Shown one piece after another: positions 12,884-24,545 of a stretch of DNA of 64,000 nucleotides. The stretch covers positions 1,426,001-1,490,000 of the forward strand of contig NW_027117346.1 of assembly GCF_038025025.1 (NCBI RefSeq). The letters are read 5' to 3'. Within the stretch, counting starts at the first letter, position 1; each line of letters opens with the position of its first letter. The notes beneath the pieces are model-generated. The model saw only the letters and a program-made list of their open reading frames with translations. It did not search any database and was not told where the DNA came from. Made by a program: the position numbers and the translations under genes. The stretch is from Phyllosticta citribraziliensis. Lineage: Eukaryota.

Positions 12884-13297
12884 CAAGGGGAGAGATCTAT
12901 CTATGCGCAAATCGAAGACGATGTCGCAGCGTTTATCGTTGATGTTTTGATGCTTCTTTTTCTTCTTGCCATACCTTTCGCTCTCTTCGGTCTTGCGCGA
13001 TACTTGAGTAATCTGTATCTGTGACGACAGAGGAGAAGAAAAGTTCAATTCCTTTGCAATGCGTTTTCGGTTTTTCTTTTCTCGCGGCTTCAGCGTTGTT
13101 TCACTGTTTCGACTACGACCTGCTGCTAAGAGACTTGTCGTTCGCTACAATGAATGCGCTTAGGAAGCAGTCATCTGCCAACACGATCACGCTCAGGAAG
13201 CTGTATTTCATAACTACAGCTTGGCCGAGGGAGTCTCATTTCTCTCGACACTCGCTATCACTGTGGCTCTATTTCTGCCTCGACCTCGACTTTCCCA

Positions 13298-13440
13298 CCA
13301 TCCCCTCCTACGTCTGCGACCCCAGACTCCGCCGTCCCTCCGCCGCTCAAGGCGCTTCCGTCCTGCGCTGGCGAGTCCCATCCCCTCATTTCCACTCAGC
13401 AGCGGATTGCTGACGGTGGCATCTTCTGCATCTTCCCAGA
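13298..13440 (+). repeat. Left copy of a ~135-bp diverged inverted repeat (partner at 21038-21171)
   Basis: The 34-bp core 13336-13369 ccctccgccgctcaaggcgcttccgtcctgcgct matches the reverse complement of 21101-21134 with one mismatch. Flanking blocks (cgtctgc, tcatttc, ggattgctgacgg, ctgcatctt) are also collinear. Confidence 0.85.
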
Positions 13441-13555
13441 GCTGCCGACCCCTTCTGAGGATCTCGAAATCCCTCTCATGGAAGGTCAAAGGGACATCTC
13501 CACCGTCGTTCTTTTTTTTTTGGCGTCTCGCTCTCCCTCATTTTTCGCTTCCTAT

Positions 13556-14533
13556 TCAGCCGCAGAGGCCCGTCGAATGGTTCCGCAGCGTAGTTCTCGC
13601 CATCGTCAGGAGCCGATGGCGCATCTCAGGTCCGATGTTTTCTGATTGCGCCTGTTTCTCTATCCATGATGGCTGCAGCTCCGAAGGCGTTGTTTTATCG
13701 CCGCGGCAAGTTCCTGATGGAGTCGATGAGCTGCGTGCGCAGTTGAGACCCAGTGTCGGAAGTTTCGGGGCTACGTTGCTGTCCTCCAGAGTACCACGTT
13801 CTTGGTCTGTAATTGCCAAAAGCACGAGGTGCATGCAGTCTCCACTGGAATGCTGTTGAAAAGCCCAAGGCGAGCATGAATGAAAGAACAAAGCATCGCC
13901 GGTGCCAATGTGGGTAGAGGGGTTCCTGGTTTCATCCGGGAATACATCGTCGTAAAACTCGTGGGGCCGCTTGGACTCGCTCACTTGCGTTTCTTTCCAC
14001 TCTTCGATCCGTTGGTGGAAACCGGGCAAGGTTTGAATGCGACGGGCGCCTTGCAACTGGACCATTGCTTGGACGCAACGGGAAAAGTGGCCCTGAGCCA
14101 ACAACGTCGTCAATGACAGAAAATTTGCCACGTCCCTGTCTCCGGCGCAATTCATCGGCGTAGGGTACCAGGTCAGCTTGTACTGGCTGTCCTTGCGAAG
14201 CGAGACGATCTCCTTCCGAATTCGAGGATTGCATGCGATGGCTTGCTGGACGGTACTGAAGACCATGGTTTCAATCTTGCCGTCTAGCTCGTCGTTCAAG
14301 CTATGATTGTGCTCGTGGTAGACACACAACTCGTCACTGACCCGTTTGTCGACATTGGAGAGGAAGCGCCGGAGGTCATTGGAGTTCTTATGACCATCGT
14401 TGTCCCAGCCTTCATGGCTTTCCAGGATTCTGCGCCTTTAATTCGACCCCAAGACTTCACCTGTACTGAATATCTTGGCCCCCTTGGGAGTCGTGACGTT
14501 CTCCAGTAACTTGATCTGGGATGCGACTGGCAT
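13556..14533 (-). pseudogene. Pseudogenised paralogue of 19580-20689 (unknown protein, possible degenerate 2OG-Fe(II) oxygenase fold)
   Basis: ORFs 14438-14707 and 13556-14329 share a frame separated by TAA at 14438-14440. QQAIACNPRIRKEIVSLRKDSQYKLTWYPTP matches the paralogue at 23/31 residues; similarity ends after NIGP. Confidence 0.75.
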
Positions 14534-15215
14534 AACTGGCGACCGAGAGCCCTGAAAGGTAAAACCATTCTTCAAGAGGCCGTCAAAGCTGAGTCCTAGG
14601 AGGAGTAGAAGACAAATTCGTCGTTCTAAGAATGGATATCCAACGGAGGGAGGCACCAGGCGACAAGGAAGTGGCGCAAGGTGGATAGGGTGGACAGATT
14701 CGGTCAAGTTAGACTTGATGCAAGATGGCGTACGAGGAGGCTAGTTCCGAGGGTGCTGAAGGAGGATGGCGGTGGGTCGTAGAGGTTCGGTGATTGAGGT
14801 GTTGTCAGGGAGATGGCCAGGCGAATAAACACGAGAATATTGCCCTGCGATGCCGAGCAAACACAACAAATTCACCACGACGCTCTTTCCCAGTCACGCC
14901 TACGGACCGCCAACCGCCAATCGCCAACACTGGCTCCCAAACTCCGCCTGCGCCTGCGCCTGCACCTTTGCCCCCGCCTTTGCCTCTGCCGACTTTAACG
15001 CCCCACAACCCTCTCTCTTATTTCGCCTTTTCGGTCTTGACACGCGTCGTCGTGCCTTTGCCAAATCTCGCTCTTCGTCTTCGACCTCGCTGCACCGCCG
15101 CCGCTTACCCTCTCTCACCTGGGGCTTGCCGATCAGGCAGTCCCTTGTGGAAACGTCAAAATCTTGCCCTCTTTTTGACAGCTCCTTGCTCTCGACCTCC
15201 GCCGTACCTTGAGAA

Positions 15216-18200
15216 ATGTCGAGCACGCCACCCGAAAGCTGGCGCATGGAGCGTCGCCTAGATGCACCTCCAGGTGGCAGAAACGCTTCTTCTCTTGTGG
15301 TCTTCCAGGGTTGGTACAGACACTTCAACGTCGATGTTGTCTGTGGCAGGGATAAGCTCTCATCGGGCGAAGAATATTCGATTCAATTGTCATTCAACAC
15401 ATCTCCACTCCAATCATACATCGAACTCCGCCTGAACTTGAGGCCAAGACAGTCCAATGTCGACGAAACGCTCACAGCACGGTTTCTGACATACCTCGAT
15501 AAGGATCATGGCGACAATTTTGGCCCAGACAGGGTAGCTCATACCTTTACTGGACCACATGGTACCTTGCCCCCTGGCCCCTTCAACTTTGGACGGTCGA
15601 TATTCGACTTGGTATACTCGCAATATCTGGGCAGTCCTGCCAGCCAAGTGGTAAGAATCCCAGTGAGACTCGGAGCATCTGAGGCTTAGTGAGGAAGTTT
15701 CGTTGTGTACGCCGCGAATTTTGCTTTCAGACCTCATTCTCTATCTCAACCAGGCTTTTCTAATAAGGCATAGATTCAGCTTCCCGAGGGAGAAGCCGAG
15801 AAGTGTGTGGTATTTTCCTGGAAGAGCCAGCACTGCGCCCGGATGGCTTTTAGTCGTCCAACTCAACACCTGAGTCCCTCTACGACCTTGGCCGTTCAAA
15901 AGTTTGTGGCCATCATCGACAATGCCATAAACCAGGGACAGGACATCCATGCTCTGGTCAAGTCGCCGAACCGACGGCTCAACACCTCTTTTCAGTTCTT
16001 CGTGTCCTTGCCTTCTCCAACACCGGTATCATATTGGCCTTGGATGCGCCGATTGATCCACGAACGCAAGGCCGAGTCGGGGGAAGAGTTGTTTGAGTTT
16101 TCCGCGCGCACCTTCGAGCTGCATGAGGAGTACATTGACATGGCATTGGCGATGAGGAAAGGGACTTGGTACAAGGCCCCCGGCGCGCTGCTCATTCCTG
16201 ACCCGCTTAACATTGAACGTCTGCCACAAGTCATTCGTTTCAATGACGAACGCCAGTACCTGGCGTATGTACTTGGGGGCCATGCATATGAATACCAGGC
16301 GGAACAGATGCGAGTCGCCAATTTCAGCACCGGGACGCACACTTGCGCGGTCTACCCCCACAAAGGCGGTTCCTCAAAGTACGTCATACTACTCAGCATC
16401 CGCCCCGGCTTGGAATCCCAAGGAAAGTCTAGTTCGGTAGCTTTGATGGCGCTCGAGTCGGATGAGCACACCCTTCCACAGGTTGGAGAGCGCGTCCTCA
16501 TGGACATTACCGTGGATGCCGAGAACGGCCAAGAAGCATGGACTGGAGCTGTCATCAAAGTCCCGAAGCCTTACTTGAAAGAGGGCTGTAATGTTGCAAT
16601 TGCCGCTGAACGTCCACCTTTCAAGGATGGGTGGGTGTTAGAACCAGACACCTACCAAGCCGACTTCTTCTTCGGACACCACGGCCAGTCGCCCTCGCCA
16701 GTTCGCACTCGACTCATTGAATTCATGACATTTCCTCCAAAAGACCATATGTGGCTCTTCAAACTGCTTCTCGCTCACGACAACTTTGGCAAAAATCTCA
16801 TCAAGTCTATAATCAAGCCTGAGGTGCTGTCAAAGATCAACGAAAGGTGCGCCGCCCGCGGTTTAAACGCGGAACAAAAGCAAGCCGTCATGCAGTACTT
16901 TAGCCAAAAGATCTCTCTCGTGGTCGGTCCCGGAGGCACGGGCAAGTCTACTTTGGTTGACACAATCGTTGAAATTGAGGCAAGCTTAGAGACCCGGCTG
17001 TGGGTCTGCACCGAGAGCAACACTGCTGTAGACGTGCTAGCCGCAAAGTTCATTCGCACCAGGAATGAGGCCAACCCACACCGCTTCTTCCGCGTTAGGA
17101 CAATGTTTGACGAGAAGCTTAGCGACGACAAGGACGTTGGACAGCTTACCGCTGTCGCACAGGGATTTTCCGACGAAGACAAGGAGGTCCAGGAAATTCT
17201 CAAGCGCCTGGCTACTGGGGACGACTCTGTCAGACCAATGTCCCTCGATCGAGCCATTAGGGAGCGCCTCCACGCCTTGAAGTCCGGAAATCACTTCAAA
17301 TCCTGGTACGATGATGAAGCTGAACATCTAGACGCGTTGAACAATGCACGCGTAGATATTACTCGGCCAAGCCCTCAAGGAGTTGCCAGCCCTAGCGTGG
17401 AGGATCTACGTTCCGCTGAGCACAAGGCTCTTAGGAAGCTGCAAAACATGTATCTTCGTCTTGCCAACGGCGTGTTCTCAACCGCCGCCACTGCCTCAGG
17501 ACCGCTTTTGCGGGGCTTCAAGCCCAGAGGCCTGATTATGGACGAGGCTTCTCAATTCAACGAAGCATCGGCTTTGGCTGCCATACTCCATGCCCTCAAT
17601 GGTGGCAAGCTGGAACGCATTCTGCTGATTGGTGATCATCACCAGCTGCCCCCAACGACAACCGCAATCAGAAATCCATTCTCGCTCAACTCAAGGTCTT
17701 CGCTTTTTGAACGCCTAATCCTCGCAGGAACGCCCCATCTGCAGTTGAGGGAGCAATTTCGTATGCATCCCTCAATCTCTGACGTGGTCAACAAGACCAT
17801 TTACGGTGGTACGCTTATCGACCATCCGTCGACGTTGTCACGCCCGGGGGTCGACCAGTTCAAAGGATTTGTCCAAGCTCTTGCGAAAGAATGCAGAACC
17901 ACTGCATCCAAGGAAAGCTGTGCGGTCGTCATCTCTCCTACCAAGTCTAATGATGAGCCTCCAAGGTACCCATGGGGCCCGCGCAAGGTACATGGGTCGA
18001 CGTCTTTTCACAACGCCCAAACGGCGGCGATAACCATGCACCTGTGCTACCTCCTCATCTCCAAGTTCAAGTTCAAGGCGCAGGACATCCTGATTGACGC
18101 CTTTTACGCCGACCAAGTCAAATTCTACAAGGCTCTCTTCGCAGGATTCCCTGCATTCAATGGCATTGGCTTCAGCACTGTTGATGGATCGCAGGGGCAA

Positions 18201-19142
18201 GAAGCGAACATAGTCATCGTTGATTGCGTGATACTTGGGCGGGTAGTACCCGGTGGAAACATGGGCTTTCTTGGTGGTGAGACGCATCGGTTCAACGTTG
18301 GCATGAGCAGAGCCCGAATTGGTCGCATCACGCTGTGTCATGAGAGGTTCGCCGATATCAGCGATAGCCCCTGCTGGAAGACTCTTCTCCTTGATGCTCA
18401 ACGGGACCATTGCCTCTTCCAAGACACGTACTTCCATAGGGATTTCGAGGTCACAGACTTCAATATACGCTTCAAGGACGTTTCGACCAACTACGGCAAA
18501 AGGACGCAGATCGGCCACCGTAACAGGACGAAATATCAGCCTACCCAGCCCCTCCAGCGATCAACAACGTTGAACAGCAGCACGAGCCAGTTGGATCACG
18601 CTAAGAAGACCTTCGCCGACCTTACTGGAGCTGATGCGGTTACCGTGGTGGAGTACCTTGAGGCTACAGGAGGCGACCTTGCCCACGCCGTCAACCGGTA
18701 CTTTGAGGACTTTCCTGGTGCTTTTCAGGGCGAAGGTGAAGAGATCGAGAGAGTTGATGGCCAAGTCAATGCTACAGGCTCTGACTCTGACCTTGTCATC
18801 TGTCCCGACCCCGGCCACGGCCTCACCGACCAAGTTGGAGAGAGTGAGGAGGCTGAGGAAGCCGAGAGAGTCTTGAAATCTCCTCGGCCTATCACCCTAT
18901 CTGGCGAGATCCTCGCAGCTGTTCCTGGTGCTGCTGCTGCTGCCTCAAGTCCGAAGAGTTCAGTGGAGCCTGGATGTGGAGAAAGTTATGGCACGGTCTC
19001 GCGCGCAGAACACGAAGCACTCAAGAAGGAGAACCGACAGCTTCGCAAAGACCTTGAAGATCTTCGAGCAGATTATGAGCAGTCTGCGGCGAACTTCGAA
19101 GAGGTTTTAGCCACGATCATGGACTCGCTCAATAAAAGGTAA
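15216..19142 (+). CDS. SF1 Upf1/Sen1-like (AAA_11/AAA_12-type) helicase with C-terminal UBA-like domain and coiled coil, 2 exons (~1270 aa)
   Basis: Phase-0 intron 15651-15773 (gtaaga...ctaat...catag) joins ORFs 15216 and 15807. Motifs: LNAEQKQA, GPGGTGKST, SNTAVD, DEASQ, LIGDHHQLPP, SLFERL, QFRMHPSI, STVDGSQGQE, RFNVGMSRAR. UBA-like segment FADLTGADAVTVVEYLEATGGDLAHAVNRYF. Confidence 0.88.
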
Positions 19143-19579
19143 AGGGATGGAGATCAGTGTAACAAAGCACTTGGAATACAAATCAATGGTTACTATGCCG
19201 TTCAGTCTTGAAAACAAGGTTTGCAAGTCTGATTGCTGTGTTAATTGCGCGAAATGGTGCCGGTTTGGACACTCAGCTACTGGCCCCCACAGAGGGGCAA
19301 AAGCGAGGTACCAACGTCGTCCAATCCTTGTGATAATTCTAGGTTATCTCCGTTCCAATGTCCAAAAAGACCTTGTAGTCTCGCGCTCTCTTGCCGTCAG
19401 CCGAGCACCGAAGAAAGTTTCTATGGATTCCATGTATTTTGATGGTTGAATAAGTCTTGCTACCTGCTGAAAGACCTTGCACGCTTTGCGCGTAAACCCC
19501 CAGGCACCACCTGGCAAAGTAAGCCCCCGACCAACCAGTCTCGACAAAGAGCCCTGTTTTTGCCCTCGGCGTACAAGCA

Positions 19580-20689
19580 TCACTGAGCGGACGCTTGACG
19601 TAGACGGCTCGGTGGGCTGCAGTCTTTGCCGTAGTGGTCGCGGTCGGCGTCCTTCAAATCCTCAAGGCAAATTTCGAAGCTCCTCTGCAACCGAGACTCG
19701 ATATTCGCAACGTACTTGTTCCACTCCGTCTGGTCATCCGCGAAAGCCTGGCGGACAATCCTCTGGACTGGAGCAGCGTCCCAGGAGAGACGGCCCATGA
19801 CTGCATCTCCAAGGGGTCCAACGTTGGTCAAGTGCCGAGACAATGGACTGGGGTAGTACTCGTCGTCTATGAACCTTTCGCCGGCAAGGCTCTTCGGAAT
19901 CGAAAAGCACGCGAGAGACTTCTTCAGCTCCGCGTATGTGGGGCCGACATTTGTGCCCTCCAGAGTACCCTGCGCCTTGTCTGTGATTGCGAGCAGCACC
20001 AGGTGCATGACGTGTCCGCAGGCTTCAGGGTGGATCTTCCAAGGGGAGTTCGCATGCAAGAACTCGACGTGACCAGTCTCGCGCATGGTCGTAATTCTAT
20101 CAGTTTTGTCGAGGATTTCGCAACAGTAATCATGGGTGCAATAGTCCTCTTCGGTCATACCATCCCGATCCTTCACTTCCTGGAGCCGTTTACGAAAGGC
20201 AGGCATAGTCTCCATCATCCAGTCTGCATGCAACTGGACCAGGGCGTGCACACAGCTCGAAAAGTGACCCTGGTCCAGCAGGTCGCCTGAAGTGAGAAAG
20301 CTGGATATCCTTTTGTGTTGAGTGAATATCGGCGTAGGGTACCAAATGAGCCTGTACTGTCCATCCTTGCGAAGAGAGACGATAGCTTTCCAGAGTCTGG
20401 GGTTGCATGCCACGAACTGTTGAGTCAAGGCGAAGGTAGCGTTGATCAGTATAGAGATCGTGGGGCCGACGATAGTCTTGAAGTGATTCTCGAAGATCTC
20501 GATTTCCTCCTCAATGACTACTCCCACTTTGTTGATGGTGTCGTGGAGCCCGTCGAATTCGGCGTAGCCATCTCTCTCCCAATCTGGGTGAGCCGCAATC
20601 ATCCGCTGCCTCTCGGATGAGCTCAGGACATACTCCTCAGTGACAACTGGCGCGGCCTGCTGGTGGTGGGCTTCTTGATGAAAGTCCAT
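19580..20689 (-). CDS. Uncharacterised 369-aa protein, possible catalytically degenerate PhyH-like 2OG-Fe(II) oxygenase fold
   Basis: Intact intronless ORF from ATG; protein-level conservation with its paralogue supports coding. Fold assignment is inference from motif arrangement only. Confidence 0.75.
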   Translation of the reverse strand: MDFHQEAHHQQAAPVVTEEYVLSSSERQRMIAAHPDWERDGYAEFDGLHDTINKVGVVIEEEIEIFENHFKTIVGPTISILINATFALTQQFVACNPRLWKAIVSLRKDGQYRLIWYPTPIFTQHKRISSFLTSGDLLDQGHFSSCVHALVQLHADWMMETMPAFRKRLQEVKDRDGMTEEDYCTHDYCCEILDKTDRITTMRETGHVEFLHANSPWKIHPEACGHVMHLVLLAITDKAQGTLEGTNVGPTYAELKKSLACFSIPKSLAGERFIDDEYYPSPLSRHLTNVGPLGDAVMGRLSWDAAPVQRIVRQAFADDQTEWNKYVANIESRLQRSFEICLEDLKDADRDHYGKDCSPPSRLRQASAQ

Positions 20690-21037
20690 GGTTCATTGTC
20701 CTTCAACGGGTCAAGACGCGGCTGTTCCGGGGTTCAAGGCATGCGATTGTTCCCGAGAGTCGAGGTCGAAGATTTCGGTGGCCTTGGAGTGCCGGAGTAT
20801 GTGATTGCGAAGGTTGTAAGACGGAGAAGGGCGGGGAGGAACGGTGGGAGGAAGAGAAAAGAAAGTTTGGAAGAGTGCTGCAGCGAACACGAAGCATTAG
20901 CAAGGGCACAGTCCAAAAGCCTGATGCTGGAATTACCAAAATCCAAGCGCCTCGCGAAGCCACAAAGTGGACGGCGCAAATGTGTGGCCAACGGCAGCTC
21001 CAGTGGGTAGCCGAAGATGGAAAAGGACTCAAATGTC

Positions 21038-21171
21038 GTCTGGAAGAAGATGCAGCCGTCAGCAATCCACCGATGGGTAGAAATGAAGGGTCGACTAACG
21101 AGCGCAGGACGGAAGCGCCGTGAGCGGCGGAGGGGCGGAGGAGTGTAGGTCTGCAGACGCAGAGAGACGGA
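21038..21171 (-). repeat. Right copy of the ~135-bp diverged inverted repeat (partner at 13298-13440)
   Basis: Reverse complement aligns to 13298-13440; core 21101-21134 is 33/34 identical. Confidence 0.85.
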
Positions 21172-21794
21172 AGAGCCCGAGCTCGCAAGTGGAGGGAGCA
21201 GGTGTGGATGCGGAGCCTGGGCCCGCGGATGAAGGTCGAGGTGAGGAGTGGGTGGTGGAGAGGAAAGGTTGAAGCAGAACGGGCTGGAAACAAACACTCA
21301 GATCATAGACCACCGCCGGCACCATTGCTTGCACCGCAACCGCACTGCACTGCCGTGGCACTGCCAAAGGCAGTGACGTGCAAGAAAGGCCGCCGGGGCG
21401 TCGCTCACGCGATATTGGACAACTCGCAACCTTTCAGAAGTGCAGCAGATTCTGACGGTTCAAAATCCAGGATTGATTTTCTTTCTTTCTTTCTCAAGAG
21501 GCAGGTATCCGTTACAAATTCAACGCTTGCGCGGTATGCAGGTGTATAGAGAGGACTTGACGAAATGGAATTTCCGTAGCTTGTCTGCTTGATCCATGCA
21601 GACCGTCTCGAATGCTCCCAAATCTGCGTAACAACGCGGCCACTGGCTACGCCGTGAAGGGAGCAGAAACAAGCAAAAATAAAAGGTAGAAGCAGGAAAC
21701 TCGCGAGAATGCGATCCAGAACCAGCATGAAAGATCATTATTACTTACGTGCTCCCGTACATGCTACTTACATCCCAGCCCACTGCCGTGCCAA

Positions 21795-22818
21795 CTACGC
21801 CGGGGGTCCCAGGATGAGCGGCAACGGTCCGCCGGGGACAATGCCGCTGCCGCTGACAGCGGCGTACCCTCTTCTGAAGCTATCAAAATCCGTCGACGTC
21901 TTGAAGGCGCCACCGCGGGTCCTCTCGCTCTCGTCCCAGTACAGTGTGCGCAGCCAGCGGTCGATGAGAGGGTAATCGTGACGAATCATCTTGAGGTTGC
22001 ACTTGAACAGCGTGTAGTAAGCGCTGTCGAAGCGTACAATGGTTGGGAAAAGACGAATGTCGGCCTCGGTAATGTGCGCGCCAAAAAGATACGGACCAGA
22101 CGACTTTCCGAGATGAGCTTCCAGCCGGTCGAAAGCTGCAAACAGCGGGCCTATGTTGGCGTCGTATGCCGCTTGTGAGGCGGCGAATCCAATCTTGTAC
22201 ACGCCGTTGTTGATTTCACTGTAGACCCACTCGTTCATGGCGTCAATGGAGGGGCGCAGGGAGGGCGGATAGAGCCCGGCGTCGCCTTTTGTGTCCTCGC
22301 GCAAGTGGTCTGGCAGCAGCTTGTCAAACGCGCTGTAGAACATGCGGATGATCTCGCTAGACTCGTTGTTGACAATGGTCTCGTTCTTCTTATCCCAGAG
22401 CGTGGGTACCGTCACCCGTCCGACATATTCCGGATCCGCCTTGTTGTAGAACTCGCGTAGGTATCTGAAGCCGTACAGAGGGTCCTTGGTTTTCTCAAAT
22501 GTCCAGCCTTTGCCCGGCCCGAATTCCATCCCGTCGAGTTCTATCAGCTGGATTATGTCCTCCAGGCCCTTGATCTGGCGCACGATGACGGTCCGGTGAG
22601 CCCACGGACAACCGCGATGCCAAAGCAATGCGTATCGGTCTTTTTCGGGCGCGAACTGTGGTGAGGGGATCTGGTGGCGGAATGTCGATTGCGCCCTTCT
22701 GAAATGGCCGTCACCGTCAGCCTGGCGCTGGGCGGCGGTCAGCGGTTGACCATGATGATGTGGGGTTGGGATTTCGTACCATGATGTCGCCTTCTTTGTG
22801 GACGTTGGATTGTGACAT
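21795..22818 (-). CDS. Omega-class GST / glutathionyl-hydroquinone reductase (ECM4/YqjG-like), 2 exons
   Basis: ATG 22818 (MSQSNVHKEGDIM), intron 22728-22779. CPWAHR active site plus VTVPTLWD, NNESSEII, NNGVYK and TEADIRLF motifs. Confidence 0.92.
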
Positions 22819-23343
22819 GATAGAGCGGTATTCGGAGCCTTGGCTACAGAAATCGAGTCGGGCAAGTGGTGATGAATTGGAGGATGAGGCCTACAAGCGC
22901 GGTAAGTAGTCTTTCATATCTAGGGCCAAGTTGCAAGGGTCAGGTCGGAGCCTGGTCGCAAGTCGGGGTAGGGCTGGTAGGATGTTTCGGGCTCGCGCTT
23001 AGGTTGATGCCGGGTATAGCCGTTCTTCTTGGCCTTTGCTCAGGTGTGCGAATCATCGGGGCGTTTTGGGCTCGGATGGGATGGACATGGGACTGAGTGA
23101 GGTGACTTGGGGTACGGTCCGGTTCGGTAGCGGGGAAGCCCGCAAAATGCACCGCCACGCCCGGACGTCGGCCTCCGGCGTCGAAACTGGAAACCCAGGC
23201 CGCAGGCCATCGCTGTTCATCACCTCACTTCTTGCGAAACCACTGCCTTTTGATTCGCTCTCTGTCGCAACAACAACAACGGCCTCAGGTTACAAGACGA
23301 AACCGCTCCTCCTTCATCAAGAATTGCACTTGCTTCCGAGTAA

Positions 23344-24545
23344 TCAGAGTTTTGCTCCGCCTGCAATCTTCACTCCACCAATCCGGCCTTCCTTGAACTC
23401 TGTGGCCATTTGACCAAACGTCATCCATTCAACTCCCTCGTGTTTGTTGATGTAATCGATGATTCTACAGAGGTCAACAAGCACGTTTCCAACCCCACTT
23501 CAGCTGCTCACCTTTCATGCATCAGAATATTCTGCGGCTTTCCAGAGACCTGCGGGTGGATGCTCATTGGGAACAGGAAAACATCATGCTCTCGGTACGC
23601 AAAGTCAAACTGCTCCATCCACAACTTTTCAACGACCGACGTGTCGACAAATCCATGCTGGTTTGGTGGTCAGTCACAATAGGTCATGGACAAAGGATCC
23701 CGTACCGCTGGAGATCCGGGCTTTGCTTGAAGCGGAGGCCAGTCGTCCTGCAGGAAGGATCAGCCCAGACACTCTCCTCACAATCAGACCAACCGACCAG
23801 ATGCCAGTTTGAAGAAATCTCGACAACTTGACTCGCCCGGAGCGTTGTCATCGGCTTCATCCAACTCTTCGCTTCCTTCCTGAGGTCGACATTTACCCAC
23901 TCATGACTGGAGTCGGGAGCCCAGTATGCCATGAAGTCGTGGTGCATGAATGAATGATCGAAAAGAATGCCGAGCTCTTGCAACTGTGGAATCAGCTCTT
24001 TACTGGTGAACCACATTGGCGCCGTGTACCCAAGCGGCTTCTTTCCGGTAAACTTGGTCAAGATATTGATTGACTTCGTTAGTGTGTCATACTGCTGCTG
24101 CGCAGTCAATTGGCCTGGTGCCCTGGCCTCTTTTCAGCACGCAGTTCACATTGGCCATGGATTGACCGACTCATGAGTGTAGCCGTGGAGCCCAATCTCA
24201 TGCCCAGCATCGCGGACTTTGGCCATCTGCTCTGGAAACGACTCGACTGTGTGCCCTGGAACGAACCACGTCGCTTTGATTCCGTTTTTTTCGAACAATT
24301 TGAGCAGTCGGTCAACACCAACAGTGGCACCATATATTCCTCGAGAAACGTTTGTTGGATCTGCTGCTGACCCATCGCCTGTGTTGATCCTGAGAACAGG
24401 TTAGTATTCTGAGCCTCGCAATGAATGGACTTTATACCAATGGGCAACGGCGTCAACATCGACTGAAGCATCATCAGCGACGGCACACAACGAGGTTGCC
24501 GAGTTGCTCACTGCCATATCCTACCAGCACTCTTTTGTTTGGCAT
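23344..24545 (-). CDS. CE4 polysaccharide deacetylase, PuuE/HpPgdA-like, multi-exon
   Basis: Spliced product MPNKRVLVGYGIDVDAVA..., ATWFVPGHT, GHEIGLHGYTHE, DHSFMHHD, NWHLDDWPP, SIHPQVSG; six short GT-AG introns; TGA at 23344-23346. Confidence 0.9.

Noticed and set aside
15216..19142. Helitron RepHel or AcademH helicase
   Set aside because: Motifs are Upf1-like (GDHHQLPP, QFRMHP, NVGMSRAR), not Pif1 or RecQ; no HUH/Rep or transposase motifs seen.
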